The notes under the pieces were generated by a model. That model saw only the letters and a program-made list of their open reading frames with translations, did no database searches and had not been told where the DNA came from. From Amphiscolops sp. MND2022 (taxonomy: Eukaryota), in assembly GCA_964187785.1 (NCBI GenBank), contig OZ076416.1, positions 12,090,001 through 12,154,000 of the forward strand: DNA of 64,000 nucleotides. The letters are read 5' to 3'. This document shows, piece after piece, positions 47,718-59,785 of this stretch; the first letter of the stretch is position 1, and each line of letters starts with the position of its first letter. Both the position numbers and the translations under genes were made by a program.

Positions 47718-49839
47718 CTTTTAGTTTTAGTTATCTCAAGAATAAATATTTTTAACAGGTCTAAAAATAATCATTTTCATTCATTTGAGTGTAATAATAA
47801 ATTATCTTATTTATTAAAATTGTTTTTATCCATAATTATTTTTTGAACATACGCCTGATATTAACAGAAAAGATCATCTCAAATTTTCGACAATTGAGCA
47901 ATTTGTTTGGGTATGTGGTACCCCCAAAATGTTGAGATCATTGTCTGAAATAGCGGAGGCTTACAATTAGAGGTCACAATTGTGTTGATACAAAACACAA
48001 TGTGGTTGCGGGCATACAAAAGAACGCAAGTTTCAAGAGAAGCGAACTTTGTGAAAAGATTGTTTATTTAGAATCAGCAAACTTTTGTTGAAAAATGCGA
48101 AGAACTAATTGTTCATTGGAGTGGAATCGGAGCATCACTCAAGAACGACAAAATTGACGAAGAATAGAAAAGACAACTTTCAAGAGATGCTTGATTAATT
48201 GGCGGCTAATACAAGCCTTATCTCACAATTTGATAATAAAAACAACTTAAACTACTCGTACACAAAAGCACAATCTATACACATCATCTTATAGAATGAT
48301 TAGATTCGAAACTCTTGTTTGGAAACTTTTAGAGGGACTTCGGTTCAAATTAGCTGTAATTAGATGCTGTGCTGGTTATTTAACTTCGATCAATCAAGTT
48401 TTAGTTATGAAAATTACTGCTGTGAGCAAAGTTATGAAAAGTGGTTAAGCGTCAGAAAGTCCGGCGTTTATAATTATTTACAGAAACATTTCTTCACTCA
48501 GAAAATAACAACCAACAATCTAGAATTAATTTTTTCAGCAATTTTTCATGCTTTCGCGAACGCATGCGAACAAGATGATATCAGCCAATCAGAGATCAGC
48601 AAGTGATAGCTGCAATTTGATTGGCTGCTGAGACAAGACAAGAGTTGAATGAACATACTGCATTTGAAAAATGTTTGAACCGAGTTTAAAATCCGACTTC
48701 TTTTTTTGGGTGCTCGGGAGCGCAAAACGTGGCGCCAAAAATCTGGCCATTTGTCTAAATTGGCCAATTTGAATTGCTACCAATTTCTTGACTGTAATTT
48801 CTTTTGTTTAATTTAAATTTTTTGAGGCTGCGTTGAAATTAGCAACGCGTGTAATTACACGTCTCAATGATACATTATAAGCTGAGTGCAGTATAATTAA
48901 CTAGTCAACCAACATTCTAGTAAGTCGCCAGCGAAAGTCTGGCTAACTCTGGATGTCCGGTGCCAGCGCCTGGGGGCTACAAGACTACAAGACTGTACTG
49001 TCAGAAGACAAGCTAGTTTGAAGTTTAATTGCCAGCCAAAACAATCCAACCAAAAAAACGAAGACATACACGCATTTGGTACTATTTGGTATACTTTTTA
49101 GTATTCAAAACAGTGCATTTATAATATCAGTGATGCCTTTAACGACCATTTAATTATAACTTGGCGCTGTTTGATGATAAGATAATTAGTACCTACCTGT
49201 GCGCCCTGCCGTCTAAATGTCGCCTTTTGCTTCGAGTTGTTATTTCTGCTGAAATTGTTTCACATAATTGAATTGTTGAATTATCATCGATTTTAATCGG
49301 CGCCGACTAATTTATTTTCATTATTTTTTTATAATGCATCGAAGCGCGCGTCACCGACCGCCTATAACGCAGTAAAATAAAAATCATTATAGTTCTTATA
49401 TAAACAAAACACCAGAACATTAAAACTTTGTAGATATATTGAATGTAATGTTGGTATATTGAGCTCAAAGTTGCTTAAAGTAAACTCTAAAACACGAGTG
49501 AAAGAATTACAGAATTAACATTTTTTATAACTCAATGAAAATTACTTGAAGCCTCGGGCGAAACGATTTAAGTGATCGTAATCATTGCTAGTGTACTACA
49601 CAAACAAGTCATAACAACAAAATTAACCCGAGGGTATAGAAGAACGTTTAAAAATCAATTAAAGTGAAAAACCATTACAAGATGCTGTTTTAGATGAAGC
49701 CAAAACATCACATCTCATTATGTCACAGAAACACAGAAAGTCAAGCAACCGAAAAATATTTGACCAAAAATTCAAAAGTCACAGAATCATGAAAACATTT
49801 CTTCTGAAAAAAGCTTATTTTGCATTTCTGGTTGAAGCT

Positions 49840-50460
49840 TAGATATCTTCGCTTGTCAACTAGAATCGTTTTTAGGTTTAAAAAATAAGATATCGGGAAA
49901 ATATTGGATCTCTTTGACTGTTTCCTTCCCTTTTGACTTGTTACACTATGCCCCTTTTTTCTGTCTTTTCAGAATGTCCCCCGTGTATTCGTTTTCAATT
50001 GTAAATGCTCAAGGCTATTCTGTCGATCAATTGATCTCTTCATATATATCGACACTTTCTATTGGCTCTTGTTATCGAAATCCCCCCTCAGCCAATCAGA
50101 AGCGTTGACACTTCATACATGTACCGTATTTAAATGTGCTTCATTTTGTCCTCCACTTGCGGTGTATTTATAAGCGTCTCACTTTGTCCTCCCTTTTTGC
50201 TATGGGGGGAATAGTGGAAGAGATCCAAAAATCTAATTTTTACCCAAGTTTACAGGTCATGTCTCCCCAGCAATGATTCATGGTACCCCAGTGAAAAATC
50301 TCTTGGAACTTGTGACAAAAATCTTACATATTGGCAAGATTCTTATCAAGAGCGCCAGGAATATGTACGATCTTGCAAGATCTTGCCAAGAATTCAATAG
50401 AAAAACTGACTAAAGTGAATGAAAACAAATAAAAACCGACGTAACTTCGGCTTGATCAGC
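49840..50460 (+). repeat. Dispersed repeat, homologous to about 61255-61910
   Basis: Both copies run from AGATATCTTCGCTTGTCAACTA to AAAAACCGACG...AACTTCGGCTT and include CAAGATCTTGCCAAG motifs. Confidence 0.85.
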
Positions 50461-51073
50461 GCACCTATTATGCCGCAGCTGGTCCCTCTACCAACCAAGC
50501 TATCACGTTTTGAACTTGAATACGTTGTGTTGTCCTATATTTCATACTTCAAAGAATGATAAAGTAGCTGGTAGTGCAAACAATAGCGAAGAACTTGTGG
50601 ACAATATTGTAGTTTGTTTTACAAGTGATTCTTTTTTTTGACACTCTTGCTAAGACTCCCTATCGATATTCCTATCAAGAATATCAAGAGGTTTTTGTGA
50701 CGGAAGAATAACCAAGATCTTGTCAAGGCTTTCAACAGTGAACGGGAGTATGTAGGAATATCCAAGATTTTGGATAAAGTTTCAAGTTATTTTGCACTGG
50801 GACCCCACACAGAGAATCTTTCCATGGATGATAATCCACGATTCCATGGCTAATAATGGATAACACCCCACAAATTTAACTATGAAAGGGCCTAAAGGTT
50901 AAAGTATTTAGGTTATAGAGATGCTCTTAAACACCACTAAGACAGAAAATTGCTGAACGAAAAAAATAGTTCAACATCTGTGTGATAGGGCTCGAAGAAT
51001 TGAGAAAAGAGCAACAACAAAACTTTAAGTACACTGATTATTGGAAACTGTCATTTGACTGACATAAATGATG

Positions 51074-51258
51074 TGTTGTAGTATATTTATCAATCGTACC
51101 GGTGACTTCATACACCATTTTGCTTGAAGCCACATCACTTCGCCACATGGTCTAGTCAGAATAGAATCTTGCTTCCGTCCTTTTTTTTACAGAAAGGGAA
51201 GTAATATTCTACTCAACATTAATTACAACATTTACTTACACTATAACATGGCGCTGCG
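51074..51258 (+). mobile_element. Short LTR (about 175 bp) plus PBS remnant
   Basis: TGTTGTAG...CTATAACA (7 of 8 inverted) followed by TGGCGCTGCG, the same LTR-end/PBS junction as at 42015-42031. Confidence 0.55.
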
Positions 51259-51581
51259 TGTCGAACCCACAGAGGGAACAACCCCAGCCAGGCGTCTGGA
51301 AACCATAATAGAGAAAACAATTATTGGCCATTATTGGAACTCCATTACCGGCGTAAAGCATAAGTTGCTATTTCCAATATGGATCGAAAAATGTAGTCAT
51401 TATGTAAGTATAAAGTAAATATTTAGCCTTTTTTCATGTAATTTATTACAATGGATGTTTGAAACTCACAGTGGCTCCTACCTCACGATCACACACGATT
51501 TAAAACTGCACAAGGCTTTGTGGTAACGACAAAGTTTGCGCGCTCTATTTTACTAGCTTTGATAAAGACCTGAATAATTAT

Positions 51582-52920
51582 CAGGGATAGGATTAAAATG
51601 TAGTTACATAAGACATGTGTCAATACACTTTTTCTCACAATTTTGAGTTCATACAGGTTAAACCTGCAATGTACATTTTCACAAGACAATGTGCAGCGAA
51701 GAGACAATTTTAGTTTGTTTACTTAGTAAACAAATATTAAATCAGTCACGAGACTGCTTTCTCTTCGTAGTGTTTGCTATAATACAATAACATTGCTTAT
51801 CATCTCACTTTCTTAATTTGTTTTCAATCCAAATGGTTCGACCTAAGCAAACGCCAACCGAAGCCATTTCAAAGCTTGAAGGTGGTCGCAAGGTTTGGGA
51901 ATTCATTCCCACAATTGAGAAGCTTCGTTGTAAGCCATGTGGGTTTATGATTAACTTTGATCGACGAGTTAAAACACGGGCAGAAGATCATATTAAGACT
52001 GAAAAACACCGCAATCATGTCCAGTTATCTCAGCGACAAACGGATATGGATTCGGTGCCTGACAAAAAGAACGAATTTTTTGCAGACTTAACAAAAGCTC
52101 TTGTAAAGTCAAATATTCCCCTCAACAAAGTCGAAAACCCCAATTTAAAATCATTTCTGGAAAAATGCACGAAGAAGGAGCTTCCATCGGAATCCACTCT
52201 TCGAAAAACATACTTGGAAGACGAAGGTTAAGAATGTTTTCAGGATATTATTCTGCGGGCTCATGGTAAAGATATTTATTTAATTATTGATGAGTGCACA
52301 GATGTACTTGGGCGTTATGTTCTTGCGGTTTTGGTTGGTGTTTTGGACATGCAAAACGAATCCAAACCAGTCCTGTTTGAAGTGGTGGAAATTGAGAGAG
52401 CAACAAGCGTCGCAATCAATGTTGTAAAATTAAGTAATATATTCGTTACAGTGCTGTTTATTACCCTACCCAAAAGTAATCCCCCATTCAAAGAATTCAA
52501 ATAAACTTATAATTTAGGAATGAAGCAAACCCATATTCAATTTTTTTAACCCTGGTTACTTTTAGTCAAGTTGTGAACAACGTGATGGGTCAACTTTACA
52601 ATGTTGTTATCGATTACGATCGTTTGAAGTATCTGATTACTGACGCAGCCCGATGTGATATGCAACTTCAAGTTTGCCCCGATTGTTAGCGTGGACGTGG
52701 AAAGGTGTTTTTCGCAGCTCACTTAGATTCTTAGTCCACAAAGACAACGACTACTTATAAATAACTTAAAACACTTTATGATATTTATGTGGAAAGACGC
52801 TGAATAAACATTTCAATTTTGTTTTCGAAAGTACATTTTAAAGGACATTTTTTTACTCAGAATAAGTACAACTAAAAGACGTTTTTTGCTATTTTTAAGT
52901 ACATTAAAATCCTATCTCTG
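51582..52920 (+). mobile_element. Internally deleted hAT DNA transposon (1339 bp)
   Basis: TIRs CAGGGATAGGATTAAAATGTA / CAGAGATAGGATTTTAATGTA and a perfect 8-bp TSD ATAATTAT on both sides. Confidence 0.95.
51833..52807 (+). pseudogene. hAT transposase pseudogene of the CGGBP1-like type
   Basis: CKPC-x16-H-x5-H finger, NIPLNKVENP...LPSESTLRKTYL, in-frame TAA at 52229, then IIDECTD, LITDAA and C-terminal APIVSVDVERCFS. The central region is deleted. Confidence 0.9.
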
Positions 52921-53519
52921 ATAATTATAAGTGCAAATGCAATCGCGCGAGGGCCTGTTCATACAGCAGAAAATGAAAGTTCATTCACATTGAACAGACT
53001 TCAAACTATTAGCTTTTAGTGCTGTTACAGCCAATATGTATGGAACTTGATTCATTTGAAGAGGTTACCATATTTGTTGTATGGCTCGGTGATTAGCTTT
53101 CTTCGCCAAGTAGCAACATTGAGGCATGACCAAATGGCGCGTCGCTCTGCTTCGCTTCGCTCCTGCAATTAGGTTACATGGGTGTATTTGAACATAACTG
53201 ACTACGTTATAATAATAATTCGGACAAAATTGGACACGCGTTCTCAGCTTAGTATTATCATTGTTGCTCCCATAGGCAGGGGATGTTAAATTTTGAATAT
53301 TTTCGTTTTACGCCCATATTCCATATGGGAGAGGAAAATATTTAAATCAAACGGTTTTTTTTTACAAAATTTGTCAAGCACCAAATTTATATTCAACTTT
53401 AAGGGAGTTACCCATAGAGTTCAACTCACATAAATTTAGCTTCGTGCGATTTGTAATTTTGAAGATTTCTGGTCTTTTTTAGTTGATCCCAAGGACCCCA
53501 GAATGACCCAACAATGGAG

Positions 53520-54430
53520 CCAAAAATATTTAAAACTGCAAAAAATTCCAATTGCATTTTTTGTCACTTTTTTGATAGATATCGTCGATTAGAATGTTAA
53601 AATGGTTCCAAAAGGCAGGAATTCATTGACCAGTAGTCGTTTATGGAGATACGAATGCGGTTGTGTTGGAAAGAGAAAGACCCAAAGATGACAAAAAACC
53701 AAAAATTTCCTTGATTTTTAACGTTTTTGTGCAACTTTGTCATATTTTCGATAGACTTCGTGAATTAGAATCCTGAAAATGCTCAACATGGCACGAATTC
53801 GTTGCCCAGTAGGCTTCTCCGAAGAGATAGTTGCTGTTTTCTGAATGATAATGTCTCACATTGACACCGAAAATGACAAAAATTCCAAACAATTTAAATT
53901 TTTCAAGATTTTATGCATTTTTTCCACATTTTTGACAGACTTCGTGGATTGGAACGTTGAAAAGGTCAACATGGAAGAAATTTGTTCTCCAGTCGGCTTT
54001 TCGGACGAGTTTTTTCAGTTTTCTTAGTGAAAATGGCTCAAATTAACACCGAAAAATTTAAAAACCCAATATTTTTCAGTTTTCAGTTTTTATGCGATTT
54101 TGTTTCGACAGACTTCGTGGAACGGAATGTTTCGAAGGATTATCGACAAGGAAAAAGTTGGTTGTCCAGTAGTCTTTCATGAACAGATAATTGAATTGTT
54201 TTGAATGAAAAGGTCTCAAATTGACATCGAAAAAGACAAAAATCCCAAAATTTTCAAAAATTTTATCTTTTTTTTCCACATTTTCGGCAGACTTTGTCAA
54301 CTGGAACGTTAAACAGGGTCAACAAGGAACAAATGTGCTGGCCAGTATGCTTATAAAAGAGATAAAAGCAGTTTTTCAAACAAAAACTGTCCGGAATTGA
54401 CATCGGAAAAGACAAACTTTCGAAAATTTT
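53520..54430 (+). repeat. Diverged satellite array, 5 units of about 173-184 bp
   Basis: AGA(C/T)(T/A)T(C/T)GT anchors at about 53577, 53753, 53937, 54110 and 54289, each followed by related GGAACGTT...CCAGTAG...TTGACA(C/T)CG blocks. Confidence 0.8.
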
Positions 54431-56429
54431 CCTTTTTTCGCTATTTTTGTTCAACTTTTGTCTAAATATTGATAGTTTTCATGGACTAGAATGGTGAAAA
54501 CGCCTACGGCATAGGCGAAAGTGTTGTTTCCGTGAGCTTTCGTTGCGAGATAAGTTCATTTTGTATAAGAAAAATGCCTCAAAATGACCCTGAGGTGTCA
54601 AAACGTTTTTGTCGTTTTTGATGCATTTTGTGTACATCTTCCGATGAGATTTTGTTCTAAAGTCCAACACAATCCACTCAACAACGAAAAAACGAGCTTT
54701 GAATTGCATTTTTTGGAGAAAACGTTGCAGCATTTTGCTTCAAAGAACAATTCAGAATCACTCCAAAGCAGTCGAAAAAATTCAACGTCTTCGTTTTTCT
54801 ACAACTTGTGTTTTTTTTAATCGTTTTGGAGACCAAATGTTGACAAACGTTCAACAAAGACTGAATTCATCCTCAGGTAGGCTTTTGAAGGAATGTTTGC
54901 AGACTTCTGCTGGAAAATGCCTCAAAATTGTCGAAAACTTTGAATTTTTTGTCGATTTCCCACATTTTCAGTGAGTTTTTCTTTGAGTATGGAACATTTC
55001 CGTAAAATAAAAGCAACGAAAAGCTCCTGATAATAAAATTAGGTCCGAAGCACGTTTTTCTTAAAAAAACCTTTTATATTGTCGAAGGTTTCCTCAGAAT
55101 GACCCAAATATTGGAAAAATTTCCAAGAGCTTTCACAATTTCAGGCAGTTTCTGTACAACGTTTCAGCTACTTTCTTGCATAAAATGGTTTAAAAAACTC
55201 AACAAATCCGGTATCTCCGGCGTGCAATTTGGGGGAAATAACAGCATTTTTGTTGGAAATAGCTTAAAAACACCCAAAAGTCCGTGATACAACAAAAAAG
55301 CACGTTGTGTGACAAACTAATCCCAAGTTTTATTCAAACCACGAAAGTTTTTGAAAGATAGAACTTCCAATTACCTGAGCGTTAAAACAATAAGTTATTC
55401 AAAATGAAAATGGGAAAGAATGGGACGAAGTTCATCGAGTTTACAACAAAATTGTCAAAGTTCCCGAACTTTCTTTATTTTCGATAACATAGTCCCAATT
55501 TTTGATCCTTTCCGAAAACATACTTCAATCAAAAAGACCATAGGCTCAGGATTGAAGTGTGTAGCTACCGGCAGTGTTTCGAAGAGATATCAGACAAATT
55601 TATTTGCCCAAGGTGTAAAAACTTCGCTTGAAAACCTAAATTTTGACGTCTTTCATCCCATTTTTAGTATTCGAAAACCTCCAACCAAAATCACTAGATA
55701 TGGGGAAACCTTCCAAAGGAAGATGTTTCGAGCTACTTCGTGGATCCGAAAGGTGTAAACATTCTACAACAGCTACACTCGGCGTCTCCTAGGCCTAACT
55801 GTGAAGAGACATCTGAAGATTCATGTTCGAAAAGTTCCTCAAATTGATTCCAAAGTGGTCAAATCTTTTTCCATTTTTTAACACTTCTTGTTAAACTATG
55901 TGCAATAATATAACAAACCCGGATCGCTGAACTTTACTAACGTTAATTTTACAGAATACCCAGTTTCAAGCGTTTACCATTTTCTCAGTGCCAAAAAATA
56001 CCTCAAGAAATACGCCTGAGACTAGGAAACCACTTTTGCCCAACAGGAATCACAAAAAAAACGTGTTTATTCTGGTAAAATTCTTTCTTGGTGAAACGCG
56101 TTTAAGCTCGCAAAACTACCTGTCTCAAGTCAAGCCGAAATTAGCATTGATAGCAAGGGGTACTCTTTGACCAAATGAAAGTTTCGGAAAGAATCACAGA
56201 GTCGAAAAACACGGAAAACCTTTTTCTTTTACAGAAATCCTCAATAAGTAACAATTGCAAAGAATGTTTTCCGAGAATCATGTTCAAAATCTTATTGAAA
56301 TTCTCTTTTCTCGGTGAGTCGCATAGTTAGTGGCAAAAAACGAAAAAAGGCCAGCTTTCGAAGAATTTATAAAATAGGAAGAAGTGTTTCAGAGACGATC
56401 AAGAAGGGTTTCAGATGTGAAGGATTGCT

Positions 56430-57220
56430 TAGACCACAACATTTGAAAGAGTGAGAACCAGTCGAGTTAACGTGTATGAAATGCAGTAAAAAGGGGCAAT
56501 TTTTGAAGTGCTGCCAAACGATAATCAAATCTATTGAGACCTCGAAAGTGAAGAAACGGAAGGTTTTTTCTTCGAAAAGTGCCAAAAGATGAAGAGTACG
56601 TTAACTTCAACAAAAAAAAACATGACTGACTGGAAAACATATATAGCCACTTAGAAGCCTGAGAAAGTAAGCTGCCGAAGGCAAAGATAAGTCAGAAAGG
56701 GAACAAAAACGTTGATTCGACAAGATTGCCTCAACGACTCCAATTGCAAGTTCGTCTCACCCAAACAGAAAGACGGTAATCACGCTATGAAATAACCAAA
56801 CAAGGCTGGCAACCAAATAAACTAAGCAAATCATGTGAAGTGGAAAAATAAAATAACACAGTCCCAAAAAAAGAATGAGCAAAATAAAATCAAATTGAAG
56901 AGGTAGTTTAAAGAGTTCTTTGAGCGACAAAGAAAATTTGTTGGACATGAAATAAAAATTGAATTTGAACAAAACGCAAAATTAATTGAGGAATTGAGCA
57001 GAAGAGTGCCCACACAATTGCTGGAGCGGTACCAGAAAAAATGAAGAGATTATCAGAAGAATGACATATAGAACGCGTTACCGAATTCACAGATGGAGGG
57101 TTCATCCAACTAGTGGCGATCACAGTGAAAAGTGAAAAGAGACCGAAAAGCGCACTAGACCCACGTGCACCAAATAATGAATTTGTGAACGATAAATACC
57201 AAATGTTTCATAATTACCGC
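56430..57220 (+). pseudogene. Fragmented Ty3/gypsy gag/RT relic
   Basis: A degenerate knuckle CMKCSKKGQF lies near 56475. FIQLVAITVKSEKRPKSALDPRAPNNEFVNDKYQM (about 57100-57205) aligns with FIQPVILSVKKDCSVKVALDARALNNSIANDKYQM at 43620. Confidence 0.65.
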
Positions 57221-58188
57221 TCAACTATGCCATGCACGTGCACTAAAAAATGAAGTAGTGAAAGATAAATACCGAATGGCAAAGTTAGAACTTTTGATTA
57301 ATATGGAAGCGGAACAACTTGATAATCAGGAGAAAAGACCAACATTGTACACGCTGCTCAGAATGCTCGAAGCCAACAGAAGAAGTGAAGAAACAAATGC
57401 CAGTAACGCGCGACCTGGCATATACAAGCGAAGCAACAATCGATAACGAAATGGCAGAAAGTGAGGTAGTGAAGATTAACGTGAACACAGGAGAACCACA
57501 AGAAACAGCCAATCAGACGCAAGTATACAAAGAAGAGCAACCAACGAAAAAACGACAAGAAGCTGCAATGAGAACAATATAACAAAAAGTAAGAGAATCC
57601 CAACTACGACAAAAAACAATTGCAAAAGAAAGGACCATAAAAAAGACGACTACCACAAGTAGAAGAAGAATCTGCAACAGAAGCTGAACCAGAAATCGAC
57701 CAAGAAGCCAGCGGAAGGAGGACACAAAAAAAGTGGTAAACCAGAAAGGAAATAAGTGGAAAAACCCTTAACAACGAAAAAAAAACAAAACAAACGAACT
57801 CAAACGTCGAAGAAACCGTGGCAGAGAGAAACCCGAATTATAGGACAACAACGTTATGGTGTGTCACCTATCACTATCAAGTGTATAAAAGTAAAACTGC
57901 GAAAAATTGGCAAACCCCCAAACTTTGGCAATAAACTTCAAACAGACATTGCAACTGAAAATGCACGTATAGCACAAAACACTTTTTTGCAGTAAACTTT
58001 TTACAAGGAGTGTTTTTCTGTAGAGGTATAAATCAAAAGATCACGGTTATATGGTACTTAGTATTGTATTCAGAGTGGGGGATGTAGCAGAGCGTTTGAG
58101 CCGCCCCTGTTTTTATCAACCTCACCATTGTGCGAAAGTATCCTAACTGGTTGTTGCTAACCTACAGCTCAAAGTAAAAACTATTTCC

Positions 58189-59586
58189 TGTCGCGATATT
58201 TTGTTCGCTGCTATAAGAGTCTACAGAACCCTGGCGAGACATTTGTCCGCAGTTTTCCTGCGTATAACACGTTTTGGGGCGATTCTCGGGTATTTTCGGG
58301 TATTTTCGGGTATTTTCAGCATCGGGATTCCGTTGTACCCCACTGGACCTTCGGTCCACCGCGGTGTTATTAGCCGCCTTTGGGCCTTCGTGTAGCCCGT
58401 TGGACTCTCGGCCCACCACGGTGAAGTTAGTCCTCCCCTGCGTATCTAACGTGTTTTGGATGGAAGGGAGTACTTTCTCAGTTATTGCTGTCGTAATAGC
58501 ATCCTGAATCTGAGAATTCAAGCTTGATTTAATCTCATTGAGTTTTCTAGGCATCTGGTTGGAGATCTCTTCACTAATCATTCTAGTTGTCTCAATAGTC
58601 ATTCCACTATTCTCTCTACTATTTGTATTAAGTAATGACCTAAAGTTCTCTCCAATTAAGTTAAAACTTTGCTGAGGTCTGATGGACCCTGAGTCCAAGT
58701 TCAATTCACTTCCACTATGGTCATTCCTTTCTTCATCTCTAGAGTAACTTCCCAACATAATATCTACATGTTCAACACATTGTGAAAACAACGGTATAAA
58801 TGAACACAGCGTCAGGTGATATTTGGAAAATAGAGATTTTCTCGTAACAGTAGCAACTGGTTTGTAATCGAGATATTTCAAAAAGATCTCTTGAACCGTC
58901 CATTCCTTCTATTTATAGTTTGAGAGGGATGACGGACAAACTTCTGCGTCTCACTTTACTAATTATAGAAGTAAATACTAAAATTAGCACTCATTTGGAC
59001 TTGTTTCATAATATCAGTCGGTTAAGCCGAGAAAATAATATGTAGCAACATTTCATGTTCATAACTAAGACTAATTCACAACTTTTCATGTTAATTAAAT
59101 GTGGAAATACATGTGAGCACCATAATTAAGCGTAGTGGACCGTAGGTCCGCACGGCCTCTTTCTAATACTGTGCTGGCAGCGTTACGTACAATTTCTACC
59201 GCGGCAGACGTTCAGTCCGCGGAGCTGCAGCAAATAACTGCAATTTGATTGGTCAATAGGTCTAGCGATGAGTGTACATTTGATTAAAGAATGAGTTCAT
59301 TGGAACTCGTTTCCTTTCGTATTGTGTATATGTACTCATTGTCTTTGCATTAATTTACTGCAAATTTAAATTACGTAATAGTACTACAGCAATTTTCCAG
59401 TTTAACAGGCACAGATTGCGAACTAATTATAACATATTTCATTTTAGTAAAATTATTGTTTGTTGTGGCTGATCGGACTGTGCGTCTTATAGGTCTAAAT
59501 TGGTAAAACTCCGGGAGGGGGATTTGTATTATCCCCTTCCAATAGGATCTGTTAGTAATTGCCGTCACAGGCGGCAGCCTGCGACA
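58189..59586 (-). mobile_element. Solo LTR (1398 bp) related to the 10306-11894 LTR, containing a gag N-terminal ORF
   Basis: Termini TGTCG...CGACA; flanks TTTCC/TTACC (5-bp TSD with one mismatch). The ORF 58162-58881 aligns with the Gag N-terminus (MLGSY...FRSL...MTIETTRMISEEIS...LPSIQN), and homology stops exactly at CGACA. Confidence 0.85.
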
Positions 59587-59699
59587 TTACCATATGGTCT
59601 GAAGTTAAATTACAGCTGTATGCTAAAACTCCAAATCTTTTTTCAATCGAGTTATCAACAGCAACAACAGGATCTTTAGAGTTGGTACAAAATCATTAG

Positions 59700-59785
59700 A
59701 AGCAAAAGGGTCCCCTTTGAATTTTTGGTGCTGTGAGACCTAATCACCGGCGGGGCGCCGACTTGGGCCGGTCCCGACTTGTTTG
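59700..59785 (+). mobile_element. 3' fragment of a HINE
   Basis: GGCGCCGACTTGGGCCGGTCCCGACTTGTTT matches the family 3' terminus. Confidence 0.55.

Noticed and set aside
52421-52566. Spliceosomal intron in the hAT transposase
   Set aside because: The nearest GT and AG do not restore the frame, so it is treated as an insertion or decayed intron.
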